A DNA stretch of 46,230 nucleotides. Origin: Ministeria vibrans ATCC 50519. Its lineage: Eukaryota; Protista; Filasterea. Under the pieces are notes generated by a model that saw nothing but the letters and a program-made list of their open reading frames with translations, did no database searches and was not told the origin of the DNA. Numbering within the stretch: the stretch's first letter is position 1; each line of letters opens with the position of its first letter. This document shows, in pieces, positions 36,001 through 46,230 of the stretch. Location: positions 1 through 46,230 of the forward strand of contig CALSCP010002017.1 in NCBI GenBank assembly GCA_943704425.1, given 5' to 3'. The position numbers and the translations under genes were made by a program.

Positions 36001-37001
36001 AGGTAGGTTCCGCTCATTAAGGAGTGATAATTGTTGTGTATAACATGTGGTGTGTGTGCAGGGCGAGCCGGGCATTCAAGGGCAGAAAGGAGCACGTAAG
36101 AGCAAAAAAGAGACGGACAAAGAGAGAGCACATGACACCTATGCTCCACTTGTGCCTTTGTACCTTGTTTAGCTGGAAACACTGGAGCTACTGGTGCGAC
36201 AGGACCCAGTGGACAGAAAGGCGACACGGGAGCAGCATCGGTTGTGCCTGGTCCGACGGGAGCACAAGGCAAGTCATTTCTATTTGTAAGAAGTAAGATC
36301 TAATTTGTTTGACCTTTAGGTGCTCAAGGTCAGAAAGGCAGTAAAGGCGACGCAGGTTCAGCAGTTGGAGTCAAAGGACAGAAGGGTGACGTTGGAGCAC
36401 AGGGAGCGCAGGGCTCACAGGGACTGCAGGGCGTCCAAGGCCCACAGGGCGTTGCTGGGGCCAAGTATGACGCATGACCATCATAATTATCATATCATAT
36501 CACTAATCTTGTTTTAGTGGTGCTAACGGTGTCAATGGTGCGACGGGTGCAAAGGGTAGCACTGGATCAAAAGGCCAGAAAGGTAATGGATAGGAGAACA
36601 ATTGAGGAGTTGCTTATCGAACATGCGCTTCAGGTCAACAAGGAGCCAGTGGCTCAACAGGCTCAAAGGGAAACACCGGAAGCACAGGACAGAAGGGACA
36701 GAAGGGATCAACTTCTGCTGCAATTTGTACCTACGGCAACAAAACGTACAGGTAAGAATATTAATTATGTATATTAGTGTGAGCACACACACACGCACAC
36801 TACATATAGTAGTATTATAAATTTATTGCACACCTACTCGCTAACTCGCTCACACTCCTTTGTGTGTTCAGCACTGGGATTCGATGCAAGACAGCGTGCA
36901 GTAGCACCACCTGCACGACCATCACCTGCGGCTCAACCGGCGCATGGTCTCAGTCATCCTGCAGTAATGGCTTCTCTAGCTGTTCGTTTCCCTACTGCTA
37001 G
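33090..37001 (+). CDS. Secreted fibre protein: cubilin-like N-terminal motif, ~670 aa coiled coil, interrupted Gly-X-Y collagen, Cys-rich C-terminal domain
   Basis: Signal MRLVFALFLAVSAAVA and a heptad-rich exon 1 (33090-35375). About 8 short exons splice in frame as GXY triplets (GQKGDQG, GPAGPTGPVGPAGPKGERG, GAQGSQGLQGVQGPQG). Ends CTYGNKTYSTGIRC...FPYC*, TAG at 36999-37001. Confidence 0.85.
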
Positions 37002-37368
37002 AATAAAACGTTTAGTGTCATTTCGTGGCGATGCAATCTGCACTTGAACAATGCCAGTATCCACGTTCCCGCCCAAGGTGGAGTGGGTAGTGACCGAGTT
37101 AGATCGACTGCAACAAAGCCGGACTAAGTGTGCGGGTCTATGGGAGTGCGGGTGAGCTCAGTCTGTGTGTGTGTCCTCGGTGTGTCTCAGCCACTGCCAA
37201 TGACTGGCCAGGCGTCTGGTATAATCTTCACAATTGGTGGGAATATACGTGTGGGCTCATCGAGCGACTGGGCGTCCGCTTCGTTTTTATGTGACAGTCG
37301 GTTTATTTGTTAAGCTCCAACGAACGAGATGTCGATCAAATTATAATTTTAATCGTTTGTTTGTTTTT

Positions 37369-38410
37369 ATGACAACCAAGAACGACCCACCCCCCCTCCT
37401 CCCAGAACATCTTCTGCAGGACTTTGCCCACGACGCGGCCAGTTTCCTCGCGCCCGTCTGCGCCGAGTTCGATCACTTTACTGTGGAAAGTTGTCTGAAA
37501 CAAGTCGGCCAGAACTGCCCCGCCGTCTTCCGCGGCGCCGTTTCGCACTGGCCAGCCCTCTCCAAATGGAAGGAAGACTCCTACCTCTGCTCGTCGGTGA
37601 CCTCAGACGTAAGGATCGCCAACAACACACTGTGAACCTGAAACCCTCCGTGCGCACTTCCCGCTCTCTCCTCCCACTCTCCTCCCTCCCCCGCCCAAGG
37701 TCGAAGTCAACGTCACACCCGACGGTCTTGCCGACTCGGCCAACCCCGACCTCGGCCTATTCATGATGCCCGAAGAGCGCCGCATTCCGCTCTCTGAGTT
37801 GCTTGCGTGCGTTGGCGACCCAGCCATCCGACAGCCCGCGCCCGACAACGGAATATACTACCTCTCGAAGCAGTGCGGCAACCTCGTCGACTTTCCCCGA
37901 CTGCAAGAAGACGTCGACAGCGAACTCGCCATTGCCACTGCCGCACTGGGCCGCTCGCCCGATGCCGTGAATCTGTGGGTGGGCGACGAGCGCAGCATCA
38001 CCACTGTGCACAAAGACCCTTACGAGAATTTTTATGCCGTCATCTGCGGCGCCAAGCACTTCACTCTTCTCCCTCCCACCTCTCTCCCACTCCTGCCACG
38101 TCGCTACCTCTCACCCCGTCAGCACAAATACTCAGAAACAACGCAGCAATGGCACACTGTCACGCCAAACCCTCCACTCGATCCCATCCCGTGGATCACA
38201 CTGCCCAATGCCCACCTAAGCTCTCTTCCCTCCGCCCTTTGCGTCTCCGTCTTCCCCGGCGACCTTCTTTACCTCCCCGCCGAGTGGTTCCACCGCGTCC
38301 AACAAAACCCCCGCACCATCGCCGTCAACTACTGGTACGATCAATCCTTTGGTCTTCTCGCCTCCTACAACCGTTTTCTCGATCGTCTCATTCCCATTGC
38401 ACCACTGTAA
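37369..38410 (+). CDS. JMJD7: JmjC-domain hydroxylase JMJD7-like
   Basis: HWPALSKW, VEVNVTPDGLADS, PDAVNLWVGDERSITTVHKDPYENFY (HxD), GDLLYLPAEWFHRV and IAVNYWYD. One intron at about 37609-37699. Confidence 0.88.
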
Positions 38411-38446
38411 AAACATGCAACAAGAAAAAAAAAGCACCACAATTTT

Positions 38447-40474
38447 TTACAATTGGCCCTTCCTAAGGCGCACAAGGAAGCGCTCAAAGACGGCATTGTC
38501 ACCAGACTCCTTCAGACGCCATTCTCTGCGCACCAGTCGCTCCCGTACCGCACTCAGTCGCATGTGCACACTCTGCAGTAGTGCCTCGCGACTGCCCTCC
38601 CCATCTCCTTCCACAAAGGGGCCCTGTCGCACTCGCAACACACTCTCTCGCTCACTTCCTTCCATGGTCACTCGAATCCGCTCTGCGCCCCTCGCAATCT
38701 GCTCCACAATCCACAGTTTGTGTAGCACATGGTAGAATGCCTTGCGCTCGCGCGCTCCCCCTCGCTCAAACTTCCCTTGCTCAATCCACCCAATGTGCGA
38801 GCTCAACCACCCCAGATAGTCCGAGACAGTGCGCTCATTGAGGGTCTCTGCCGCACACTCGCGCTTCAGCGCAATCCAGCTGGCACTCTCGTATGCCACC
38901 GGACGCCCTTCGCTCATCAGCTCAAACACCCCCGGAGTACCCAGCGCCGCCATCTCACACACACGACGCACCTCGATGAGATTCCCTTCCACCTCCACAT
39001 CGACTCCTTTGGGACTCTCATACAACTCATGTTCCCACTTGTGCTCGGTAGATGCACACAGTTTCTCGGGCGCACGCGCAAACACCACCGCATAATCACG
39101 GTCACTTGTGGGTGTCTCCAGCCCGTACATGTGACTGCCCGTCTGTCGCACACACATTACGTGCGCCCTTTCCGCCCACAGTCGCTCCACCATTGACAGA
39201 ATTGGCTCACCAATCGTCTCCAGCACGGCACGCGCCTTACTCTGGTCTTCGCTTCCTTTACTCGTACCAATCCCATAAGCATTCTGTCGTACCCGTCCCA
39301 ACCACTCGCCTACAATCTGATGACATTGTTGCGTTTCCTCCTCTGTTTCGGTCGATGCAGCGCTGCGATTCGCACGCACTCGAGCGAGCACACTCTTGGC
39401 TGCACTCGCCAGCGCGTCTGCCGTGGGCGCTGGTGTCTCGCCAGGCGTGCCACACGCATATTGAACAGCGTCGTGAAGTGTCGTAAATGACGTCATGTCA
39501 TCGTGCAACAGCGCACTAAGCATCGTCGAACGTCCGTCAAAGAGATCGCTCTGGTCGCCGGCGGGGGGTGCACCTGCTGCACACCGAACTGCATCACACA
39601 GAACGCGAACACCGGTCGCCACAAGTGCGCGATCCATCTCTTTGTGTCCACCGCGCACCAGTAGTCCCTCGGCGTGTCCCGTACAGTTCTTGAGAAGTCG
39701 CGCCGAAGAGAAATGTTCCGACGAAAGTCGTGTGTCGCACAGCAAACGCTCCAGTTCACCAGTGTCCTCTCGCTCGAACAGTCCACGCGTAAAGTGGGCC
39801 TGCAGCGCATGTCGATCACCATGCAGCACACGCGAGTAAAACGCGCGCGCCTCCATCACGACTACTTCGCCAACGGTTTCACAGTCGCGCTAAATTTGTA
39901 TGTTACGCAACCCACCAAGGACAAATGAAAGAAAGGGAATGAGTAACAAAGTGGGCTCTGCTCCCTTTTGCATTCGTACCAGATTTCGGGCGTGCTCGGT
40001 CGCATTGGAGAGGTACTCCTCGGCACTGGCAAGGTAGACAACGTAGAGTGTGAGAGGTGCACGTGGGAGCGTGTTGTTTCGCGAGCGCTTCTTCTTGTTG
40101 CTCGCGTCGAGGAGGGGACGCGACAGGAAGGAGAAGCGCTCCTGGACAGCGACGCAGCGCAGCAACGTCCGGCCGTACTCCGATAGAGCCTGCTCGACCA
40201 ACTCGACACACTGCTGGGGTTCGCTGGCGCGCAGACGAGCGACAGCCTTGGACGCGAAAGAGACGGAAAACCGCCGATACACAGTTTGGTCTCGGCCGTC
40301 CTCCAACATCTGCTTCAGCGCCATGGCATCCTTGGCCAAGGCCCTTGCTTGGATCTCGAAGGCGCCTCTTGCGTCCGATGGCTCTCGGAGCGACGCTGCA
40401 AATCGCAAAAGTTCCTGAACGGCCTTTGCAGCCGGAGTTGAGCGCGCTTCGTCAAGTGTGGCAATAGAAGTCAT
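38447..40474 (-). CDS. Pol-beta superfamily nucleotidyltransferase (RlaP/YcgL-like) with a degenerate N-terminal duplicate domain
   Basis: GSHMYGLETPTSDRDY signature, then IEVRRVCEMAALGTP and KAFYH. A phase-0 intron at about 39980-39890 joins ORF 39890-40474 in frame to ORF 38447-39859. Confidence 0.72.
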
Positions 40475-41097
40475 GAAGACTGCAGTCCTATCTTTATATG
40501 TCTGATTCTCGTTGTTGAGAACAGAAATAGAATCTTATAATATTAAAAAAAATAATCATAATAAATAATATATTATTTTGTTTACGATGAATAATGATAA
40601 TGTTCCGATGACACATGACGCAACACAAGGCACAAGTATTGTATAGAAGACAAAAGATCACTTGTATTTCTCTCTCTTTCTGGAAGCCGTCCGCATCATG
40701 CTTGGCTGGCCTTGCATTACGGTGGAGAGAAGACATCCTGACTCAACGCCAACCAACTGAAACGTCACAAAAAACAAAATCGCTAGAACTGGGCACGACA
40801 ACGAGAACGACGTTTAGACAACAGCCTTTAACACTTTAGGCCGAATGGATCAGGCGAGTATGGAGTCCTGGCGTAGCGTATGCGTTGCCAGGGCGATGGT
40901 CGAACGATGAAAATTTCCCCAGTCACTCAGCCGCTAGAGCCACGGCGACGATACGACAACCGCTTGGTGGTACTCAAAAATAGAGTTTAGAACTAAACCG
41001 GCGACCCCGCAGGCTGGCCTCTTCGTTTTTGTCTCTCAGAGAAAGGTACGAAAAAAGTCAGCGTACTTTCTGCCTTGAAAAACAATTCTTTTGCACC

Positions 41098-42286
41098 ATG
41101 TCCCGAGCTGTTTTCTTTGGTGTTGCCAGCATCCTATTCTTTGTTTCGTTGGTTGTGGCCAGTTCCTCCTCCACCGACATTGATATTTTGGACTCTCTTG
41201 CTCCCGTACGTAACTTTCCGTTTCATACTCATCGCATCCACACACATTACAAGACCGCCGTGTGCCGCAACGTCGCGAAAACGCTATGCATTGTGTTTGG
41301 GGAATGATTTTCTTTGTCCTGGGCGCTGGGTGTCACGGGCGTCATTGATGGGCGTCATTTCTGCCCCAAAACCAAACGAATTATTCGCACTTTCCGATTT
41401 GTACGTCCACACAGCTGCGCCCCGCTGAATATGGCCACTGTAATGCGGCCAGAACACGCGTTTAGTTGTTTACAGCCGTCCAAGGGTCAAAGAGCAAGTT
41501 GCGTTTCCTACGATTGCACAGCATATGAACTTGAGACAGAGACGCATCATTTTCAATGCAGTCTTGTCCTAAGTAGCCATCTGTGTTTGTTCTATTCCCA
41601 GTTCTGGAATCTAGATTGAGTGGATTGGGTTTTTGCAAATGTCATGAGAAATCGAGAGCAAGCTGGCACAACTGCTTACTTTTTGAGGGTGTAGTATAGT
41701 CGACCGTGTGATAATTATCCTTTTAGAACCAAACACTCTCGTTGTCAACGTCGCCCTCTCCCTCTGTGAGCCCACTTGTCCCCCATCGCAGTATGGCACA
41801 AAAGACCCCTCCTCCAGGCTCTCCTGACTCTTCGGCAGCGAGTACAACCTCCAGCAGCGTGGTGAGCCAAACTTGCGTGTTATATCGTTTTATTCCGCCA
41901 TTTCGTCAGAAAAACGAATTTCACCCCTTTATACACACCCTACGACCGGTTATTTTACTACACCAATATCATACGCCTTATATAATGGCAGCGCCTTTCC
42001 AGTGAACAGCCAACTCCTGACCCGGTGCTCTGAATATATTCGACAGATGACCACGACAGTGTCGCCAGTCTCGAGTCGCCGTCGTCGCAGGAGCAGCAGC
42101 AGCAGCAGCAGCAGCAGCAAACGTAGCAGTAACACAAGCACCGGCAGTCGCGACAGCAGCAGCAGTAGCAGCAGCGACAGCAGCAGCAGCGACAGCAGCA
42201 GCAGCAGCTCATCCAGCTCAACCAATCGGTGTCTGCGGACGTTCCTTCGCGACAGGAAGAAGCTCATGACGGGCATGAAACACCAG
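41098..42286 (+). CDS. Possible secreted Ser/Thr-rich orphan protein (exon model weak)
   Basis: Signal-like MSRAVFFGVASILFFVSLVVA then a GTACGT donor. Phase-0-compatible Ser/Pro/Thr-rich exons at about 41727-41861 and from about 42047. The 3' end is not resolved. Confidence 0.3.
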
Positions 42287-42529
42287 GTACCGCCATGCTG
42301 GGCACTCCCACTTCCATATTCTTGTGGTCTCAACACTAACAGCCGTCTTCTTCTTGTTCTTGGCAGTGTGACTGCCCTCTCCCGTCGACAAACGAACCAC
42401 AAACAACAATACAAAAAAATTTTAGTGCGCAATTTTGAAAGAAACCCAAAAAAAAAAAAAAACTGTGTACTATGTGTTATTGTTAAAAAAAACTGTGTAC
42501 TATGTGTTATTTTCGTTCTGGGTCTTTCT

Positions 42530-44009
42530 TTACTGACAGTTAGGCGGAGGAGTCCAGATGTTAGGATCGTGAATGCCAAGAGTGACGTCGGCAAACTAAA
42601 AAGGGGGTTAGGGATTACAGTTAGAAAGGCCAAGATTAAGAGGTAGGGCGGCACTTGGTATTCGAGTTGGGGATAGAGTTACGGTATATTTAGGCTCTTT
42701 TTTGGTTGCTAGGTCTTTACCTCTTCGTAGACAAACCCACGGTAGTCCGAGAAACGGTCGTCGCGAATGGGAACACAGCCAATGGACGTGAAGGTCTGGT
42801 ACCGATCGACCGTGTCGCGGTGTTCGCCGCGGTAGTGCGAGAACCATTGTGTCTCTGTGACGCTCTCCTGGCCACTGCCAATGGTGATCTCGCCGCCATA
42901 GTGCGCGCCTGCTGCAATGTCGTGGCGGTGGAAGGGCTCCGTCAGCGCTTCCTTGTGGCATTCCTTCGTCTTCAAGTTGGTCACATACGCAACCTTGTCC
43001 TCAAACAACTCAAGGACTGCGTAGTACTCACGGCCCTCGTCGCCTTCAATCAGCTCTTCGCTGCGGTGCTTGCGCTGGTTTACGCCGTCGTATGAGTACT
43101 TGGCCGAGCGGAAGAAGGTGCTGTGAGAGAGAGAGAGAGAGTGAGAGAGTGAGAGAGAGAAAGGAGGGAGAAAGAAACAAAGTGATACAGAGAGAGAGAA
43201 AAGAGGGAGAAAGAAACAAAGTGATAGAGAGAGAAAGTGATCGAGAGAGAAAAAGTGATCGAGAGAGAGAAACAAAGTGAAAATGATCGAGAGAGAGAAA
43301 GTGATGGAGAGAGAGAAACAAAGTGATGAGAGAGAGAAACAAAGCGATAGAGAGAAAAACGGGGCTATTCGCATGCCACAGGTGGATACAACGCCACGGC
43401 TGCGTGGCAATGGGAGAGGAGGGCGGCGGAGGACGCTGCTGCCGATGCGCTGGGGAACATCAATCAAAACAAACCGACAAATGTACGACCAAAATAGGCA
43501 AAGGAAGGTCACTTTGCGCATTGTTGCGTGTGAAGACCATGCACTGGTTGAGGTGAGACAGAGATGCGGCGGATACGATCGCTGCCAGTGCGGCTCAGGA
43601 CAAAAATCAACACAAAACGACAAAAGAACAACCAAGACGCGAGAGAACCCGTCTCTTTTCGTGTGCCACATGTGAAAAACAGTACATTGCTTGAGGTGAG
43701 GCAGGCGTGCGGCGTCAAAGCCGGCGCAGAATTCGATATATTTCAGTTTAAGCGAAAAACAACAACTCAAAAAAAAAAACAAAAAAAAACTAAAAGGACA
43801 ACAATGCAAGTCATTGCCGAACCTGTTGTGGCGCTCGTTGGGATCAAACTTGGTCTGCATAGCCTGCAAATAGACGGAGATGAGAGGAGGAATGAGACAA
43901 GTTCTGTCTAATGATTTCCTACCTCCCACATCTGAGGCATGCCACAGTGCTGAGCAAGCGAGACAGCCACAAGGGCACTGAAACAGAGAAGCACGACCTG
44001 CGACTTCAT
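42530..44009 (-). CDS. Ependymin-related (EPDR) secreted/lysosomal protein
   Basis: Spliced MKSQVVLLCFSALVAVSLAQHCGMPQMWE|...KYSYDGVNQRKH...ECHKEALTEPF...FTSIGCVPI...|FADVTLGIHDPNIWTPPPNCQ*. The Cys pattern and C-terminus are typical of ependymins. Confidence 0.85.
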
Positions 44010-44290
44010 AGAAAAAGGACAAAATTGAACTTTGATTCATTGATTGGGAGTTATTTGGGACGAGTGAACATTCAACATTGTCACGTTGAATGACTATTGA
44101 TTGTACTGTGCATAAATGCCGTCTTGCCGATCCCGGGTCACTTTGATCATTGATTGATTTCTTAATTTCTTTAAACAGAATCAGTGCATGTGCAGAAACA
44201 GCGAATTCGAAACACCTTTGAAAGTTGAGTTTGATAACCGAATGTTAACCGATCCTCATTTGACATTTCTCAAACTTTTTCGCAAACACG

Positions 44291-46044
44291 ATGGGCAAAA
44301 TCAAGAAGGGCGTCAAGAAGTTCTTGAAGAAGAAGCTGCATCACGAGACACAGTCGAAGCTGCACGGGCCGCGTGGGCCGTCGCAAGACCCGGAATCGGC
44401 GGACCGGAAAGGTCCTCGTGGAGCACCCCCGGCAAAACGACAACGCACTGCTGCCGACTCCAAGGGCGGTGCACGCTCTGGCAGTGCCGCTGCACGCAAC
44501 CCCATTGACCCAAAGGAGCTCGAGGACGACGAGGAGGGCGCGGCAAAGGTCGACACGGCCGAAGATTTGCTCAATGCTCTTGCGGAAAGTGACGACGAAG
44601 ACGATCAGGACGACAGCAGCAGCGCAGGCGGGAACGACAGCGACGGAGAGGGAAGTGACGACGACGAGGAGGAGGAGGAGGAGGACGACGACGACGAGGA
44701 CGACGACGACGAGCACGGGCACCAGAAGCAGCTGGATCGCCTCAAGGACAAGGATCCCAAGTTTTACGAGTTTCTCAAGAACGACAGCAGCCAACTGCTC
44801 GACTTTCAGCGTCCCGCTAACAGCGACGATGACGATGAGGACGACGATGACGAGGAAATGCAGGAAGACGATGAGGCGGAAAGCGACGACGACGAAGACA
44901 CAACCATGTCAGTAGACGCAACCGTCGTCACTCGCTCACTCGTCGCCAAATGGGATCGCCAGATTGTCCAAGAGCACTCTCTCCGTGCCCTCAAAACATT
45001 TTTGGCTGCCTTCAAGAGCGCCTGTCGTGTCGGTTCCGACTCCAAATCCTCCTCAAAACCCGAACTGTACTCTTTTCCAGGCGCAAAAGGTTCGAGACAC
45101 ACACAAAAACGTTTTCATTTTCTCACTACTCTTTCTTCTTTTAGAGTTCAAAGCGGTCATGACACTGGGTCTGGGACAAGCCGGACTGTTCATCTCAACC
45201 CTAATTGCCCCGAAAAAGACGCACAACAGTAGTGACACGGTTTCAGCTCACACCGCAACTGTTCTTGCGTCATCACACCCCAACTGGAAACACGCCATGC
45301 CCCTTGTGCGCTCCTACCTCACGTCCCTCCTCTCTTTTGTTCGTGAGGCCAGCACTGACCCCTCGATGACTGTTCTTTGTCTCCGTCAGTGCGATCGCCT
45401 CGCACATGCAATTGCGTCCTTTCCGAGACTCTTCTCGCCCGTTCGAAAGGTACTCTCCACTTCACATTAGCTGCATTTCTCTATGTGTGTGTTCCACTTA
45501 ACCGCTACTCACATTCCATTTACTCCCAACCATTCATGTCATTCACACTGACTCGAACAGTCACTCAAGGCCATTCGCTTACTCTCTTCTTTCTTCCCCC
45601 CCCCCTCCAGACACTGATTTCACTGTGGTCCACGTCCGCCAGTGAGCACGTGCGTGTTTTGGCATTCGTCTGTCTTCGTCGCATTGCTATTATTCTGCCT
45701 CCGAACCAGTTTCTCAATGACACAATCAAAGTAACCCATAATCGAACTCGATCAACCACAAATGATGCACCATCACACAAAGGGCACTTCATATCAACAC
45801 AACACACAATCCATCACAATCACACTCACACTCACTCACTTTTTTCTTCTTTTAGGGATCCTATCTTGCATTTGTGTCGCAATGCAAATCGTCGTCTCTG
45901 CAGACCCGCGCAAACATCACTTTTCTCATCAACTGTCTTGTTGAGCTGTGCCAGTTGGACCTTCAAACTGCCTATCTCTTGGCCTTTTCGTACATTCGTC
46001 AACTGGCCATTCTCCTGAGAAACGCAATTCTGGTCAAGAAGAAG
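44291..46044 (+). CDS. NOC2L: Nucleolar complex protein 2 (partial, continues beyond the window)
   Basis: MGKIKKGVKKFLKKKL, acidic tracts, HQKQLDRLKDKDPKFYEFLK...LLDF, LWSTSASEHVRVLAF and AFSYIRQLAILLRNA. Confidence 0.9.
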
Positions 46045-46230
46045 GTACACACACACTATTTATCACTTTTTTCTTTTTCCCTCCTCTCTCTCTCTCTCTA
46101 TCACTTTGTTTCTTTCTCCTCTCTCTCTCTATCACTTTGTTTCTTTCTCCTCTCTCTCTCTCTCTATCACTTTGTTTCTTTCTCCTCTCTCTCTCTATCA
46201 CTTTGTTTCTTTCTCCTCTCTCTCTCTCTC

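Noticed and set aside
33090-38410. Collagen-modification cluster (collagen + JMJD7, and distant L3HYPDH)
   Set aside because: JMJD7 is an intracellular hydroxylase with no signal peptide here, and adjacency in a compact genome is likely chance.
40840-41025. Possible snRNA-like structured RNA (CCTGGC...GCCAGG stem, GAAAATTTCCCC)
   Set aside because: There is only one short stem and no recognisable conserved snRNA, tRNA or SRP sequence.
1-46230. CRISPR arrays, tRNA/rRNA genes, transposase or reverse transcriptase ORFs
   Set aside because: None were recognised; the repeats are microsatellites or coding-domain repeats.

Overview
This is gene-dense, intron-containing eukaryotic DNA from a draft assembly with N-gaps, probably a unicellular holozoan or other Amorphea protist (inferred from tyrosine kinase, cortactin, collagen and reelin/EGF genes). 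About 17 spliced genes can be modelled by eye: IWS1, cortactin, trans-3-hydroxyproline dehydratase, RPS8, two tandem reelin/EGF transmembrane paralogs sharing a near-identical 2.4 kb EGF stalk, CZIB, DNMT2, an (LRR)-ankyrin-RING-Bbox-Bbox-coiled-coil protein, a neutral ceramidase-like hydrolase, a receptor tyrosine kinase, a secreted coiled-coil/collagen fibre protein, JMJD7, a tandem RlaP-like nucleotidyltransferase, a weak secreted orphan, an ependymin-related protein and NOC2. The top candidate for a new system is a head-to-head pair at 30442-37001. One gene is a receptor tyrosine kinase whose whole ectodomain resembles the N-terminal beta-helix of amnionless (AMN). The other is a secreted coiled-coil/collagen fibre starting with a cubilin-like N-terminal docking motif. 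Together they could form a CUBAM-type docking module wired to tyrosine kinase signalling. Family similarities come from remembered sequences and motifs, not from searches, and all exon models are manual.
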